The position numbers and the translations under genes were made by a program. From assembly GCA_030704615.1 (NCBI GenBank), contig CM060732.1, positions 22,506,001-22,570,000 on the forward strand: a stretch of 64,000 nt of DNA, in the 5' to 3' direction. The notes beneath the pieces were generated by a model. The model was not told where the DNA came from and ran no database searches. It saw only the letters and a list, made by a program, of their open reading frames with translations. Positions 62,455 through 64,000 of the stretch are shown in pieces; the stretch's first letter is position 1, and each line of letters begins with the position of its first letter. This stretch comes from Takakia lepidozioides. Lineage: Eukaryota > Plantae > Bryophyta.

Positions 62455-62696
62455 TCTGATACCATGTTGGAAAACCACTGGCGTGTGGTCGGGCTATGGA
62501 TTGAACCTAGGACCTCCCCCATTCCGGTGGGGTGCTCTACCACTGAGCTACCCGTCCCGTTCTGTTCTCAAAGTGTCGTGCAAGGGCTATAACCTTGACA
62601 CTCCAACACTCCCCCTCAAGGCATAGCCCTTATAGCTAATGCCCACCCATTCTGACCACCGCCCCAACCTTGGCTCTGATACCATGTTGGAAAACC
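62455..62696 (-). mobile_element. TRIM with tRNA-containing LTR: LTR remnant 62685-62696, PBS, 76-bp internal region, PPT, LTR 62465-62608, second PBS 62455-62464
   Basis: Minus strand reads GGTTTTCCAACA-TGGTATCAGAGCC...TTGAGGGGGAG-TGTTGGAG...CCAACA-TGGTATCAGA. Confidence 0.9.
62486..62557 (-). ncRNA. tRNA-like sequence inside the TRIM LTR (second copy)
   Basis: Reverse complement of 58152-58223 with one T-stem change. Confidence 0.78.
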
Positions 62697-63040
62697 TAAG
62701 TGGCATGTGTATGTCCACAAGTAATGTATCTACGTGGCATTAACATGGCCCGTGTTAACATTGAATCTACTACCACAATGTACTAACAACACTCCCACTC
62801 ATTATGGCAGTCACTCCACTCACAACAGTATATGTAGCTTCTAGAAGGTGTTTTCAAATTACGGCGCGCTTAAGATGCCATCAGCACCACGACAAACACA
62901 TGACAGACACATATCACGATAGCAGTCTGTACTCTCAAGTTGTCTTTGAGTCTGTATTCAGTGGCTGTGAATTGAGACTTAGTGAGAGATCTTGTGTGTC
63001 TATGGTGGTTCTCTTTTATGCTGCTCCAATTTGATTAAAA

Positions 63041-63325
63041 AATGACATGTTCTGGATTGTGCATCCGGGTGCCTACAAAATTCTGGAGGTGGTGGTCGAA
63101 ACATTCGGCTTACCGAAAGAGAAGTTGCAACCCAGCTTGGACATTTTGGACAACTTTGGCAATATGTCCAACCCGACTTGCTTGTTTGTCCTAGATGATA
63201 TGAGGAAGTGCTCCAAACGTTTGGGTGCATCTACGACAGGAGGCGGCTGCGAATGGGGTTTTCTGATAGGCCTAGGTCTAGGCTTCAACATGGAGGTGTC
63301 TCTTAGGAGTGTGCCCATTGCCTAG
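63041..63325 (+). pseudogene. 3' fragment of a second type III PKS copy
   Basis: MFWIVHPGAYKIL...FGNMSNPTCLF...GCEWGFLIGLGLGF; close paralog of 33049-33336; 5' part missing. Confidence 0.9.
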
Positions 63326-64000
63326 TCGAGATAATCATACTTTTTCAATTTTCCAAGTTTTCGATCTGGTGATGTCCAGCTGAGAACTTTGTCTCGAGAT
63401 CAAATGTATCCGTCAATTGGCTGAACATTAAAAATTTAGGCGTGTTCATTAAAACTTAGGTATGAACTTGTGCGGACCTTATCTTCTTGAAAGCTTCTTG
63501 TGGAAGCACTAGAATAGCACTTGGTGCAATTAGGACAGCGCAAAAGAGATCAGATGGTCTCTAGAGATATGTATAGTGTTTAGTTGGGGCAAGGACCCAT
63601 ACATGTGATGATTCGAGAATTCATATAATGAAGCGACTGTCCCTGTTGCCAATCGACAATGGGTTAGATTGATTTAAGGTGTCCACATGTCCGAGCTGAA
63701 GGTTTCAGTGTTGCATTGATTTCCACATTCGCATAACATGATCTGATTCTAGATACCGAGCTCTACAGTCCCTTAAGACTATCAAATCATTCATATTCAT
63801 GAAGACCTTAAGTAAATGTATAATGTTCCTGTAGAGGGCAGTCAACTCCTGTTCACTCTACCAAACAGTCCTTAAAAAACTGCATAAATTTGAAGATTTC
63901 TGTGTCCATGAACAAATGCACAATGGAATATATTCATTAATTACTGAAGAGTACCACAGTGCAATCGACAGAAATTTTTGTTCAGTACTCTACCAAATAG
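63041..64000. repeat. Inverted duplication of about 32424-33336 (PKS 3' end and downstream flank), running off the window
   Basis: Continuous reverse-complement similarity, e.g. the last 40 bases match 32425-32463. Confidence 0.9.

Overview
Transposon-dense eukaryotic nuclear DNA. A bryophyte-like land plant is inferred from the spliceosomal introns, a moss-type type III PKS and a Tcn1-like chromovirus. The only clearly intact host gene is a 9-exon 4CL-like acyl-CoA ligase (25747-29387, -). Next to it are a frameshifted type III PKS (33049-34437, -) and an inverted partial duplicate of that PKS at the window end. Main discovery candidate: a 10.84-kb Ty3/gypsy-type retroelement (486-11325, -) encoding Gag, protease, a C5 cytosine methyltransferase, RT and a DDE integrase with a PHD finger. 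Its ends are not normal LTRs but split direct repeats (L-internal-S-gc-L-S). This reads as a 2-LTR circle opened at a 10-bp palindrome (GACAGCTGTC) inside the LTR, flanked by a 4-bp target duplication and carrying a Tf1-like self-priming site. It is inserted in a larger decayed unit that carries a ParB-like/amino-methyltransferase-like gene between arrays of 22-bp palindromes with 53/63-bp helical phasing. Also present: a Pack-CACTA with a captured PPR fragment inserted in a Harbinger terminus, two inverted chromovirus copies, two Copia relics, and 144-bp TRIM LTRs containing a tRNA-like Pol III cassette that cap a Copia internal region in inverted orientation. All domain calls come from motif recognition by eye; no searches were run.
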